A stretch of DNA of 64,000 nucleotides, from positions 111,538,001 to 111,602,000 of the forward strand of contig OX597822.1 in the NCBI GenBank assembly GCA_951406725.2, read 5' to 3'. The notes under the pieces were generated by a model. That model saw only the letters and a list, made by a program, of their open reading frames with translations. It ran no database searches and was not told the origin of the DNA. The DNA comes from Octopus vulgaris. Taxonomy: Eukaryota. This document shows, piece after piece, positions 13,653 through 28,874 of the stretch. The first letter of the stretch is position 1; every line of letters starts with the position of its first letter. The translations under genes were made by a program, and so were the position numbers.

Positions 13653-13805
13653 CATATGTACACACATACATACATATCTACATACACACATACATACACC
13701 CGCCCACATATACAAATTTATACACATGCACATGCCTATACCTGTCTACACATACACACACGTATATATGCATACACTCACTCCCATGCATGCACGCGTA
13801 CACAC

Positions 13806-13836
<31 letters not shown>

Positions 13837-14538
13837 CCCACGACCACACATACATATATACACATAAAAATATATATTCATACGCACATACACTCATGCA
13901 CACACAACACACCTAGTTCCCTATATACACATATTTACACCTATATATACATACACCCACATACACCTATGTACACATATATATATATAAACATATACAC
14001 GCATACATATATATACATGTGTGCACATACATACATACACACATATATACATACACATACACATACACATGTGTACCTATACATACCTACACATACACAC
14101 ATACATACATACAAATATACATATACATATATATATATACAATCCAATACAGGCCCATTCCCTAATTTTAATTTTATTATCTTCATTTATTACTTTTGTT
14201 ATCTTTGATCGCTAGGGCTAAGAATCCTGGCAATGGCTGCATGTCCATTTGTCTGTCTACTAGAAGGCAAGTACTCATTCCCGCACGCACACTCATTAGC
14301 ACGTACATTCACCCATTCGTACACTCATACACATACACGTACGCACGCGTTATATTCATACATACAAACATCTACATACGTTCACGTATATACACATACG
14401 TACTCGTACCTACAGATTCGTGTCTACACTTTAGGAGGCTAGTCTATACATATACACCAATAAATATACATATACATATATATATACCTGCATATACATA
14501 CACACACACACATATATACTCCTACATACAGATACATA

Positions 14539-14600
<62 letters not shown>

Positions 14601-15092
14601 CATACACATACACACATACATATACACACACATACATACACATATATATACATACACAAACATATATACACACATATATATATATACATACACACATACA
14701 CACATACATACGTATACATACATACATACATCCATACATCCATACTTACATGCATTTATACGCATACACACACCCATCTATATATATGTATATATATATA
14801 TATATATATACACACTCACACATACATATACAAATCTACGCACACACATACATACATACACGTATACGCATACACGCACATACACATATACATGCGTACC
14901 CATACACGTGCACACACGCACGCGCATCCATATATATACACACACACACATATATATACACGTGTGCAAGCATACATACATACTCATACGCGCACACATA
15001 CTTACAAATACATATATGCACACACTTACACACATATATATACATACACATATACATGCATACATACATATATGCATACATACACACACGCA

Positions 15093-15132
<40 letters not shown>

Positions 15133-15189
15133 TATACATATATAGACATACATACACATACATACACATACACATACATACACACATAT

Positions 15190-15234
<45 letters not shown>

Positions 15235-15439
15235 TACATATATACACATATACATACATATACATACACACACACATACATATATACATATACACTGATA
15301 CACATACCCATACATACACATGCATATACTTATATCACTACATACTCACATATATAAACATATATACATATACACACATACATATATACATGTACATACA
15401 CATACGTATGCATATATATATATATACATATATATACAC

Positions 15440-15480
<41 letters not shown>

Positions 15481-15738
15481 TACATATACACATATACATG
15501 TATACGTACGCAAAAATGATACACATATATACACATACACACACACAGACAGATGCATATACATACATATATATATATAAACTACATATCTATATAAATA
15601 CATACATAATACACATATACACACACATATATATACATTCATGCATATACATATACAAGTATACATACACATACATACACACACACGCGCACACATACAT
15701 ATACACACACACATATACAAATACATACATACACACAT

Positions 15739-15781
<43 letters not shown>

Positions 15782-15812
15782 CATGTACACATATACATAT
15801 GTATATATATAT
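13545..15812. repeat. Long degenerate (AC/AT) simple-sequence block with short complex islands
   Basis: Direct reading; explains the 549-aa low-complexity ORF. Confidence 0.9.
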
Positions 15813-16146
15813 CAACAAGGGAGGGTAAAGTTAATTAGTTATTAATCAATTTCATCAAGTGTTCAGTATGTAAAGGGACCATTATTATTTTGAGTAAACA
15901 ATGTTAGAGGGAAAAAAATTCTCTAAGTAGTGGAAGAGGCTAAAAAACTTTATTGGCTGCTATTTCTAGAAAGTTTAGTATGTGGCAAAGTAATTTATTT
16001 TATTTTCCTAAGCCCTAATTATATAATATTTTATACATACATACACATACATAAGCACATACATTTACACATACATATGCATATACATATATACACATAT
16101 ACATACAAACACATATACACATATACACACACACACACATACAAGC

Positions 16147-16217
<71 letters not shown>

Positions 16218-16451
16218 CATACATGTAGTAATAATAATAATCCCTGGATGGGATGTATATTTTAATGCATCGGTACCCGCGTTTCTACAAATTACGTGTT
16301 TAATTTTTTAAGATCCGTATAACTGCATTATAACAATGTAGTCCGTAGTATACATGGGGTAGACCATGTTCATGCATTCATTTCTTCGGCGTCGTTAGTA
16401 TAGGAGCTTTTATATACATAGTCAAAACATTTCTCGGAAACGAAACTAAAG

Positions 16452-16497
<46 letters not shown>

Positions 16498-16915
16498 GCA
16501 TGTATATATTTGTGTGTATGTGCCTATTTTGTTCCCCCGCAATCTCTTTACAACAGCCGCTGGTGTGTTTATGTCTCCATAACTTAGCGATTCGCAAAGA
16601 GACCTATCAAATAAGTACTAGGCTTATAAAGAATGTCCTGGGTCGATTTCTTCTACTAACACCCTTTACGGCGGTGCTCCAGAATGGCCGCAATCAAATC
16701 ATTTTGTCCGCCATGGGTTTTGCAGTAAATCACTAAATCATCCATAACTTTTGTATTATCCTCTCAAATTACACCAAAATCTCAGACAATAACAATTCAT
16801 ATTGTATTTATTGTCTGTGAAAATTATAGAATATAAAACTACTTTGATAAAAAATTATTTCTACTTTTCTGACAAAAACAATGCCGTTCTGAACATTTTG
16901 GCCGCAACTGCATAT

Positions 16916-16959
<44 letters not shown>

Positions 16960-19469
16960 TAAAATTCATTTGCCAACAAAATATGGCAATTCTATACAAA
17001 ACGATATTACTACTATTTAGCCCCAGGAAAACATCTTTTCCAGCTGGCTACCGACACACAGTTTGTGTCCGCATAGTATGAGCAAGGAAGGTTTTCGCGA
17101 CAAGCTTGCTACCCTTTGCACCAACTTATATTTCATTAGCGAATATTTGTAATCACCCACATTCTCCATAACCTTTGCCTTTAACTCACTCGTTGAGCCA
17201 TAACCATAAATACATTGGCGTTGTGCATCTAAGTCTTCGAGCAAAGCTGTGGATTTATAATTTCATATCTCAATTCTTATACAGGAATGATTATTTCAAC
17301 TTCCTCTGTTTGTTTAAGTTACCCGGATATGTTCCAAGCATTCAGTAAAAACTTTCAAAATGTGTCTACTTCTGCCAGATTACAATGAATTTGTCTAGAC
17401 AAGCAGTATGTTTTTAATAATGAAACGAACAAATTATTATGCTGACGCTCATTGTTTTTTATCAAGTTTTCCAATGAACAATACGTGTTTGCACTTACTT
17501 TCCATAAGTAATATCAGTTCCATAGAGAGTGCATTTGGAAAAGTTTGCATACTATGGGGAATACAACATACTTACCTAGCAGCAAATGTAACACGATGAA
17601 TATTAATTAACTAGATATAATAATTCTTTCAAACACCTAAAATTATAGCTTAAGGTTACCAAACATATTGTATCATTCCTTCAGAACGCATGCACACATT
17701 GGTGTAAACCCAATCACATATACATAGTCACACACACAGAGAAACAAATTTTCACATCACACACACCTATACATACATACACATATACATATATATGTGT
17801 GTGTATATGTATACATACGCATACGCACTCACATACATTTACAGACATATAGGTATGTATATAGGTATGCCATATTCGATTGATATCAAGTAATTTGCAT
17901 GTTGCTGTTAAAACTGTTCACTCGTATACTATGTGAAGACCCAAACATTTTTACTTTAAAAGGACCAATTTACCTATTTAGATGTCTACTTTGTTATACA
18001 TACATACATATACATACATATACATGCACACATACATTAAGCCATATATATGTACATAATTTAGGCCATATATATAATTATACACGCGCACGCATACACA
18101 CACAGATGTATACTTATATACATATGCAAACACATAAACACATATATATTTATATTTGTGTGCATGTGTGAAATTTTAGTATAATAAATTCATATCCTAA
18201 AATTCTTTGTTTTTGGGGGATGGAGATTGTGACTCTGGAATTAAAGGTAAAAATAATACCGTGCATATATTAATTGAAAAGAAAAACACATTTGAATATT
18301 TAAATTAGACGTCTGCCTGTGAAACACGAAACCATATCTCCTGTAAAGAGGAAATGTTCCACGAGCAGCCTTCAACCATTTTTTTCCGAATATTACTTGC
18401 ACGCACTTCACTATAGCTTTATCTAATCCGAGATTCACATTCCACCCCCTAAAAATGAACTAATTCTCATTCACCAGAAGTTTATCACAATCGTTTTCTT
18501 AAAAATTTTTCTTGTGCTGTAAGGCGGCTAGCAGAATGGTTAGTACCGTGTTTAACGTTCTGAGTTCAAATTGCGAGGAAATGGACTTTTCCTTTATTCC
18601 TTTCGGGGTCGATAAAATAAATACTAATATGGAACTAGAGTCGATGCAATGGACTCTGCCCTCACCACTAAATTTCGTGCCTATAGATAACAGGATTTCG
18701 TTTGTTTCCATTTCTTCTTTCTTTTTATTCTGGAGTTTATCGTTCAATCATTTTAACTCGGTTGTCAGCATATTTTTTAAACTTGGACAAAATACTGGGA
18801 GTCGCTTCAATAACATTTTGAAGGACATACCCGAGGTTAAGGTCAAATATCTGACAAGCAAATCTGTAATATTGAGCAGAATATTTGCTCTAACCTTTTA
18901 CAAAAAGCAAGACAAAACAAATATTCGTGAGGCTTAATCTCGCCACTTTCTGTTTTGGGCTAAAATCTTGGGGTTTTGAAATGTAAGTCTTCTAAATTAC
19001 ATTTTTATGAGGAACGTGGTTTAGCCGAGAAGCTCCATAATTTACGTGATACTTTGAAAACGTTGTGTAACAATCTGCATGACGCTATGTTACCATAGTT
19101 GTCGTTATAGCGGAAAACGTCAAATAAAATTTAGTTTGTGTCAGAGACAGCACATAAATCAATATTTGCTATAAATGTTCATATTTTTATTTATAATATT
19201 GTGTTGTCTGTGAAAATATTTCTTTGTTGTTTATCAAGGGAGTGTTAAGATTTTATTTTAGTCTTGACAAAATATTAAGAAACGAGTGAACAAATCAAAA
19301 CAGTAGTGATAGAAAAGTATGCTTTTGCACTACAAGGGCAAACAGGAAACAATAATTAGGTATGGTTGCAATGTTCCTACTCACGTTTAAACGATTCTTA
19401 ATATCCAAATAAGCAAGATCTAAAAGGAACGTTTACCAGTAGCTAGAAAGGCTGATGATAATAATAAAA

Positions 19470-19805
19470 GCCCTGAGACAATAGCATGCACTGGCTCTCA
19501 GGGCTTCTGGTCTAAACTGACTGGAAGTGTTTTCATGTATATTTGTTTTATCTTGGTGTATATTCTTTTTGTCTTGCTTCTTGTAAAAGATAGGCTAGAG
19601 CAAATATTGTGTCTAATACTACAGATTTGCTTGTCAGTTATTAGACCATAACCAATTGAGCATGTCCCATGGTAGCTGACGATACGTTGTGCATCTCTGA
19701 TTATGAGCAGAAGTAGTGGGATAGCATCTTAGCCATGTGTTGAGAGGAATTTGGGGGGTTTCAATAATTCACCCCTGGAAAAGTGCTTGTTTCGTTCGAC
19801 ATCAT
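19470..19805 (+). mobile_element. Dispersed repeat, same family as 26950-27200 in opposite orientation
   Basis: cagatttgcttgtcagtt..gagcatgtccc..gtgcatctctga..agaagtagtggg..aataattcacc matches the reverse complement of 26950-27200. Confidence 0.6.
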
Positions 19806-19915
19806 AGACACTTGGTGAAAAATCCGTTCAGACGTTTTCCAGTAATTTTGCAAACACGCAGAAAAGCGGACAAAAATAAGGGATTATAAGACACTGCTTT
19901 CACTTAAGCGCAGGG

Positions 19916-19978
<63 letters not shown>

Positions 19979-19980
<2 letters not shown>

Positions 19981-20165
19981 TCTTATTTCGGCCAAAGTTC
20001 TTTCGTCACACTCCTGTGACCGCATCAGTGGTCCTTTGTTTTCTTCTTTCTTATTTGTGTCTCCCTTTACTAACCGTCAGCCATTTTGTATTTCTAAAGA
20101 GAGACACAAATAAGAAAGAAGAAAACAAAGGAGTGTGACGAAAGAACTTTGGCCGAAATAAGATT
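19979..20165. mobile_element. Fold-back element in (TAA)n with degenerate hammerhead
   Basis: Arms about 19979-20068 and 20096-20165. Minus strand gacca-CTGATGC-gGTCAC..GTGAC-GAAAgaaCTT-tggcc. Confidence 0.65.
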
Positions 20166-20206
20166 AAGATTAATGTGAAAAATAAATAATAATAATAATA
20201 ATAATA

Positions 20207-20243
<37 letters not shown>

Positions 20244-20298
20244 GGAGGAGGAGGAGGAGGAGGAAAATGATGATGATAATGATGTCGACGACGACGAC

Positions 20299-20382
<84 letters not shown>

Positions 20383-21753
20383 AAGAATTCGGGGAAGGAG
20401 GTATGCCGATTACATCGAGCCCAGTGCTCAACTAGTACTTATTTTATCGACCCCAAAAGGATGAAAAGCAATGTTGACTTAGGCGAAATTTGAACTCAGA
20501 ATGTAAAGACGGACGCAACAACAACAATAACAGGAAGAATAATTACAATAACATGCAAAGATAGAAAAAAAAATGAATGTGAAAACTCATCGATATCAGT
20601 TGAAGTATATGAATCAAAGAGTGACCTTTGCTCTCCTGCCTAACCCATTTAAACAGCATGCTCCACTAAAGGGTCAGGGATATGGAGCTATAGATGTACA
20701 CTAGTGTATAGGTAACATCGAGGTTTACACCGATGATGATGTACAGCTCGAAACACTGTGATATACAACATTCGGAAACACCAGACAAATTGATATAAAA
20801 TTTAGTTTAGAATATGTGCCTACGCATCTTTGCAAAAAATTGAGTTCAATAAAATGTCAATAATATATTTTTTTACACAGATAAGTAATGCAAGAACAGA
20901 TTTACTATTTGCTAAGAATGAACGAAGAATAAATGAAGGAGATATAAAACACGCAGAAATACAATAAATATTGAAGAGTCATAATACAAGAATGAAAAAG
21001 GAAAGAGAGCTAAATGCCAAAAATAAGGTAATAGTCTTCGACAAATATATTGTCATAGTTGAAGTTATACCATTATGAAAAAAGAATTGTAAGTGAATTA
21101 GAGTGACTAGACAGTAAGAAAACATACTTCTCAACAACCACAAATTGCCTCGGGCTTTCCACATCCAAAATATTATCATAACGTATTATTATGTAGCTAT
21201 TCTCAGCACAAGGGAAAATAATGTAGATATCTCTAGGAAAAACAAAAAGCGAGAATGAAGTCGACAAATATGAAAGAGAGATTCGGGTAAAAGACTGCTG
21301 AGTGGATGGTGCAACAACACTAAGAATATAAAGAAAATTCCCCCCGAACATAGGATTACAGGATTTCATTCTGAGTTTATACGGCTATCAAGAACAGCTT
21401 CCTCGTGGCCAATATAATTCATGAGAGTACAAAGCGGAAGATGAATGAAAAAGAAATAACACGTGATTGTCAAAGAAGAAACGCAAACGATCGAGAGCAC
21501 ATATTAGGAAAACGGGGATCTATAAATCTATTAATCAATTACCAAGTTATCTTTGGAAAAGACGAATGTAAGCAAGAAATTACAAACGCAAATCTCTCAT
21601 TCATATGCTAGATGCAATTAATCTGATGAGGTTAGGATGGCCATTATTAAAAAAAAATGAAGTAGCAGAGAATTCTTAACCAGAATATATGATGCAATGA
21701 AGACAAGATGAATGACAGCAGATCATGTCTTCAGTTGATTCTGTTTTTGTTTT

Positions 21754-22103
<350 letters not shown>

Positions 22104-22419
22104 GTGTGGGGGGATAGGTGTGCACGAGAGTGTGTATGTACGTGTGCCCTGTCTAACTGAATACAGTAAATGTACGCTGAGATAAAGAGAAAGTTACCTT
22201 CTTGAATTATATGGACTCATGAGGGCCGGATTCCCGGTTTCCCACCTGGATGGGAGGCCCGTGCGTCGCAGAATTACTCATTTTTGTCAGCTGAGTGGAC
22301 CGGAGCAACGTGATATAAAGTGTTCGTGAAGAATACAACACGTCGCACGGTCGAGGAATCGAAACCACAATCTTACGATCATGAGTTCAGCAACCTAACC
22401 ACTAAGCCCCCCGCCTCTA

Positions 22420-22970
22420 CTGAGATATAAGTGCTGAAATCTCAAACAGATCTGGGGCAGGATGGAAGGTATTTAACTCATTAAGACTTGTAGTCCAAAC
22501 AAAGCTAGGCGAAGCCATAGATGCTAGACACTTCAGTAGCACCGTCTTACCAGCGCTCTTATACGGAATTGAGACGTGGGCTTCAGAAAGAGAAGAGAAC
22601 GTCAATTGCCTTCGACACGAAGGGCAATAGAAAAATCCATGCTAGAAATATGATTCAGAGAACAAATTCGAAATGAGAGAGTTCGAGATCGGAACGGAGT
22701 GAATGATGTGATCGCAGAGTCAGAACAAGTTCCGAAAGAAAAGTTCGGTTGGGTCGCGCATGTTTGCAAGGTTCATAGAAAACAGTGGGATCCGTGTAGT
22801 CAACGCGTAGTAACCAAGTGATCGGAAGGGGCCACTTATAAGGCCTCCACGAGGAGAGGAAGGCGATTTGGTCAAGCAATTTGCGTCAAGATGGACAAGA
22901 ATGATGCAAATAAGACGCAATTGGAAGCGCATTGTGTCCAGCGGTGTATAATATCTGATGGCTTGATAGA
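22420..22970 (+). mobile_element. Decayed RTE-type LINE 3' region
   Basis: FSSTVLPALLYGIETW-like motif at about 22531; its 3' end matches the reverse complement of about 12150-12190. Confidence 0.65.
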
Positions 22971-24054
22971 TACTGAGATATTGTGATATATATCACACAC
23001 ACTCAAACAGACACGTATATGAAATCTCAGGTTGAATTATTCCTTGTATTTTAATTGTTGCTACATGTCACTTTATATGTATATGTGCACACACAAGACT
23101 TCTGTACAGTACGAAACATATGCATTATTCACCATTCTTGCTTCATGCATGATATAAATACCAATCTACGAATAATCTCCATTTTGTCAAGAACCTTGGT
23201 AATTTGCAGCAGCTTAGCAAATACCTTGAATATGCATTGAGGAGGAATTATGCAAAAAGAAAAAAGAACGGCAATAGAATATCAGATCGCTGATGTTCTT
23301 CAGAGCGCCTTTCAACAGGGATTTCACTCCTACTTTTTACAGAAGCATCGATGTTGATTCGAATACAAAAACCAAAAAGATCTCTGAGTGTGGAAAATAT
23401 ATGGTCGATAATCCAAGTACCGAATTAAAACTCCTCTGAAGCTAGCAACTATATCATTAACAAGCTTGCAGTGCTAATTACAGCGTTTGTTTCTTTAGTA
23501 TTTTATCAGAACTAATTTAAGCTGTGGACCGAAACGCTAGAAATCTTCTGAAAATGACATGCATTACGTGGAGAATATGACATCAAATGATTATATGTTC
23601 CATGTTCCAAAAATTAAGTAAAGGATTGTCGTGCGTGCGGAGGAAATATTTAAAAGCGTTTATCAATGCTCTTTACGACATTTTCAAATCCCAAATCCCG
23701 TCCGGTTGATTGTGATTTTTACTGAAGATGGCAAATCGATTATTCGCGCTATGTTCATACTCTACCTACACAATACAATTCTAAATATTTAAGGCACCTC
23801 TCACTTCAAAAATTACTGGACATACTTTAGAGGATATATAAATATATATTCTGTAAATAATAATTATAGGCGTCAGTTTATGAACATTCGCCTATAGAAA
23901 ATAGTTTAACATTGGGGAATATAAATAGTTGTGTAGTGAGTCGTATATGTGTACATATAGCCATTATGCAGCGAACATTCATAAGTTTACGCTTCTAATT
24001 ATTATATATGAGAGAGAGAGAGAGAGAGAGACAGACAGAGAGAAAGAGAGAGAA

Positions 24055-24091
<37 letters not shown>

Positions 24092-24189
24092 TAGGGGAGA
24101 AAGAGTACAGTATAAGGCTTATCCACATTTAGATTTCACCCAGTGATATCCAACAGTAGTATTATACTCACTGCCAGATTATACATATA

Positions 24190-24283
<94 letters not shown>

Positions 24284-27279
24284 TGTATACATGCAAATCT
24301 ATGTATGAATTTCTCTGCCTGTGTAGTCTACGAATTTAAAATCTAGCCACTCTAAGGTATCCGTATATACTGGCCTACAGAACACACTTTGTAGATACAA
24401 TATGGATGATCTGGTTTATTTGGTCCACTTCCAAACCTGTGGGTCTGAAAAACCTATCGGCACCCTGTAGTTGGATATGTTTGAGCAGGTTTTGAAGTCT
24501 GATACACACACTTCCCCTATCAGCTTGCCTATAAATCGCTGTGTACATCCACGAAGCCGTTTCAGTTATCCACTGGTACTAAAGAACCGGACGTTTCTAG
24601 GCAGACCATCAGATGCTTGAAGAAAGCTAGCCGTCCCGATCAAATCAGGGTATAGTAAGATACTTGTTTGAAAGCCTATGCTGCTGGCAATATCCAGCAC
24701 CAATGACTGGAAAGATGGTTCGTGTCGCAAGATCCAGCTTTCTCTGAAATGTTATAGCAGCCACCCCCCTCACGGTAAACTTGGAGATGCGCACAACTCG
24801 TAACAAGTGGGTCTGCTTTTAGGTGATCCTACGTCACGAGCATATACGCTTCCAGTTCTGAATATTGTTATTTTCGACAAGAAAGGGAAAAGGAAAGAGA
24901 AATATTTTAACTCTATTGTAGGAACATGTGTTGCGTCCTTCCGGCTATTTGTTGCCCTTTCCTCAAGTATTTCTTTAGAATTTGTTTTTTATTTGTAGAC
25001 ATCAATAATCTCATACTACTTTGGGGTGGTTTTATCCACAATATGTTGTATGTTTCTTGACCTGCTTTTGGAATTTCAATATAAGTTGGTATCTTATATC
25101 GTGACATCATGTCGTCATGGTGTGTTATGTTTGGATGCTAATACATAAATTCTATTAAAGATTTTTGTCGAGTGACTCTACAGCGTTGCGTTTGGGGATT
25201 ATATTGTTGATGTTACTGGTGTCGTGAAGTTGTTTACTTTAGATCCGGCTACTGATACTATTGCTTTTGTTGTGGTGTTGTTTTTGTTTGGAGCGTTTAC
25301 TGCTCTTTTCGTTACAGTGCTTCTGGGCTGCTGTGGATATATGTTTCAGCGATAAAAGAGTTGTGGACGGTGAATCTGTGTCATTGACAAAAACATTTTC
25401 GTGACGTTCGTGTCATGTTTCTTTTGCGGGTCGTAGGGAGAAGCAATGCAATAAGTGGATAACACCCCCACATACGTGGCATCTTGGTCTTCTCCCTCAT
25501 TGTCATAGACAAATGTGTGTCATCTGGATTTAGATTAATTCATATATGCCTTCGATGTTTTATTTGTATTGTTAGTTTCATACTTATACTCGACCATTTT
25601 CCTTTAGCATTTTCTTTAGTTATAGGATGGCTGCATCCAAGGGGATCGCCAAGAACAGCATGATGATTATTTCAGCCGATGTGTTTATGAGTTTTAATTT
25701 TCCGCCATCATTAAAGTTCAGTATGACTTTAATGCCACTCCAAATGATGGTCACTTCAGATGGTAAATTTTAATACAAGCTTCAATGAAATAAGATAAGC
25801 CCGCACCCTTTGGGCATAGTTATTTCTGGTAATAATAGATTATAATCGTTCTTTTTAATAACAATTCATCCTACTGTCTCTTAATTTATCTTAGATCCGG
25901 TTACTGATACTATTGCTTTTGCTGTAGTGTTGTTTTTGCTTGGAGTGTTTACTGATTCTGTTGGTACAGTGTCTCTGGGCTGCTGTGGCTGTATGTTTTA
26001 GCGATAAAAGAGCTGTGGACGGTCTCTTAAATATATCATCGGTTACTGCTTTTCAGTCGTCACACTGTTTTCGGTTCACATTGTTTCCTCTCCTTTGCTT
26101 TTGCCTTTTTCCCTCTTTCGTCATTCTACGAATGTTTGTTACTCTTTTCTGATATATCTTCGCTTCTGTCGCTGCAAATAATGGAGTGATGCTACCACTA
26201 GGGACACTGAAATGCTTTCATTGTGAATTTCTGTCACTGAGGTAAGGGATATTTCTATTACTTTTCCGTAGAAGTGTGACCAGAATTTGTAGATCACAGG
26301 ATCTTCTTCTGTTACTTTCTCTCGTGCTTTACGTATATACCGTCTGCTAAAATTTACTAGATCATAAGGAGAGCGGATAGTATTTGATGTTCTAGTCTTT
26401 CACCAATAGTCTAAGTAATGTACTTTCGACCTCTACAATTGCATGCATTTTTAAAATTGTTTGTTGAATATTATTGTCAGAAGACATTAATAAACAGACA
26501 CAACTCGACCAACTGTTACTCTTTCATACTAATACTCTCCCGACACTTACAATGTTCCAGTCTAACATCCTTATATATTCTTTCTACATATGTTTTAACC
26601 TTTCTACGTGTGAGTATTGTTATTAGGGTAACAAAACAGAAGTGGTGGAACGTAAAGCAAATTTTGGATTTCCTCTGAGGTTTTAGACACCGACTTGAAC
26701 ACCTGTCGAAGGTAATTAACCTTGTAGCTTTTGAGGGTCCAGTCAAGTGCTGGAGCCGCAGTTATTAAATAACCACACTCAGAAAATTTTAGGCTTTCTG
26801 ATTATAATCGAAAGGATTATTCTTCTTCTTCTTCTTCTTCTTCTTCTTCTTCTTCTTCTTCTTCTTCTTCACGTTATTATCATTAATATTATTGAGTGAG
26901 AGAGCAGTGCGTACCTTCAAAGTGACACCAGGATACAAATATACGAAGCCTCCAGAGGTGAATTATTCAAACTCCACAGAATTTCTTTCAATACGTGGAT
27001 ATGATACTCACCCACTACTTCTACTCGTGGTCAGAGATGCACATTTCACCAGCCATTAAGGGACATGCTCAACTTGATAGGGTCAAGCAACTGACAAAAA
27101 AATCTGTGGTACTGACGAGTACATCTGTGGTATTGAGCATAAAATTTGCTGTAGCGCATCTTTTATATCAAGACAAAACAATGTACATGATGCCACTTTT
27201 GATCAGGGTTTTTTCTAAGTATGTGGGTAGTAAGTGTCAGCACAATCTTTTGGATTTCTCTGAGACTTGGTTCTTATCT

Positions 27280-27600
27280 AGATGTTTCTGACATCCCTTT
27301 TTTTATCATACCTAGGGCACCCATAATAACAGGAAGTTCTCACTTTAAGATGCCACATCCTTTTTTTTTCAATTTCCAGGTCCTTATATTTAATTAATTT
27401 GTCAAATTCTTTTACAGATATATTTTTAACAGTGGGAACACTTACATCTATTAGTCTACAAGTATTTTCTTTCTTGTCTTTAATAATTATGTCTGGTCGA
27501 ATAATCTGGAACATTCTGTCTGTGTTGATTGGAAAATACCAGAAGATAGTGATCTCTTTACTTTCAACGACTGGCGCTGGATGTAAGTGTTCCCACTGAT
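27280..27600 (-). mobile_element. R4/Dong-like LINE fragment, restriction-like endonuclease domain
   Basis: RPDIIIKDKKENTCRLIDVSVP..KEFDKLIKYKDL (PD..D and K..KY motifs), next to (TAA)n-rich repeats. Confidence 0.8.
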
Positions 27601-27667
27601 AAAAATATCTCTGTAAAGGATTTTGACAAATTAAGTAATTAATATTCTCCGATGCTTAACACGATGC

Positions 27668-27702
27668 CAATAATAATAACAATAATAATAATAATAATAA
27701 TA

Positions 27703-27743
<41 letters not shown>

Positions 27744-27747
27744 AATT

Positions 27748-27822
<75 letters not shown>

Positions 27823-28045
27823 TAAATAATAATTATAATAATAATAATAATAATAACAATAATAATAACAATAACAATAACAATAACAATAACAACAACA
27901 ACAATAACAACAACAATAACAACAACAACAATAACAACAACAATAACAATAACAATAACGATAATAATAATAATAACAATAACAATAAAAATGACGACGA
28001 CGACGACGACGACGATGATGATGATGATGATGATGATGATGATAA
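27668..28045. repeat. Compound trinucleotide microsatellite (AAT/GAT/AAC/GAC)n
   Basis: Direct reading. Confidence 0.95.
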
Positions 28046-28665
28046 TATGGAACTAGTTATATTACAATAATATATCTGTTCACTCTATTGCAGTGCTAAT
28101 AACACTACTCTGAAATCCGGAATCCGTACTACTAGAGACTTAGTAATCGTTAAATAGAGTTTTCGCTAGAAACGACACAGTGGATCACCTTAAATTAGCC
28201 ACCAAACATTTCCTTCAACTCCTTGAATTTGAATAGCTATGAATAGTTAACCAATATTTCTCCATCCTTCATTCTGTCATGTTAACTTGGTGATTCAAAT
28301 ATTATTCACTTATCTGAGGTGATATCTTTGCGAGTAATGTTACTAGAGAAATTCTTAATGAATAAATGCTAATAACATCGAGAGGTCGGTAGCTGGATAG
28401 TATTGAAGAAACGAGAGGTTAGATATGGGACGTGTGATAATGCCATTACACTGTGTGTTTGCCTACCAATGTCCGTATTGTATATAATCAGTTTTAATTT
28501 AGTAAAGAAACGGCTGTACTGGATTTGAAGCAATAGGTAAAAAGCCAGAATGAATACCTAAAAAGAAAAGGACACTTGGTTTGAACCTCTAACGATTTAG
28601 TCGAATCCATTACCATCACAATCTCTGGCAAATATTCAGTGTTAAACGTGTAGAAAAGGTATTTT

Positions 28666-28874
28666 ATTTCTTTACTACCCACAAGGGGCTAAACACAGAG
28701 GGGACAAACAAGGACAGACAAACGGATTAAGAACTGGTACTTATTTAATCGATCCCGAAAGGATGACACGCAAAGTCGACCTCGGCGGAATTTGAACTCA
28801 GAACGTAACGGCAGACGAAATACGGCTACGCATTTCGCCCGGTGTGCTAACGTTTCTGCCAGCTCGCCGCCTTT
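28666..28874 (-). mobile_element. tRNA-derived SINE family B with 19-bp TSD
   Basis: cgtgtagaaaaggtatttt at 28647-28665 and 28875-28893; head ggcggcgagctggcaga..gagttcaaattcc. Confidence 0.92.

Noticed and set aside
14196-15845. 549-aa ORF
   Set aside because: Translation of degenerate AC/AT repeats (H/T/Y/I only); such repeats lack stop codons.
17017-17244. 75-aa ORF faintly resembling a hAT transposase segment
   Set aside because: Similarity too weak to support by eye.
24583-24616. Minus-strand CTGATGG..GAAACGTC as hammerhead
   Set aside because: Core mismatch and no stem I or stem II pairing.
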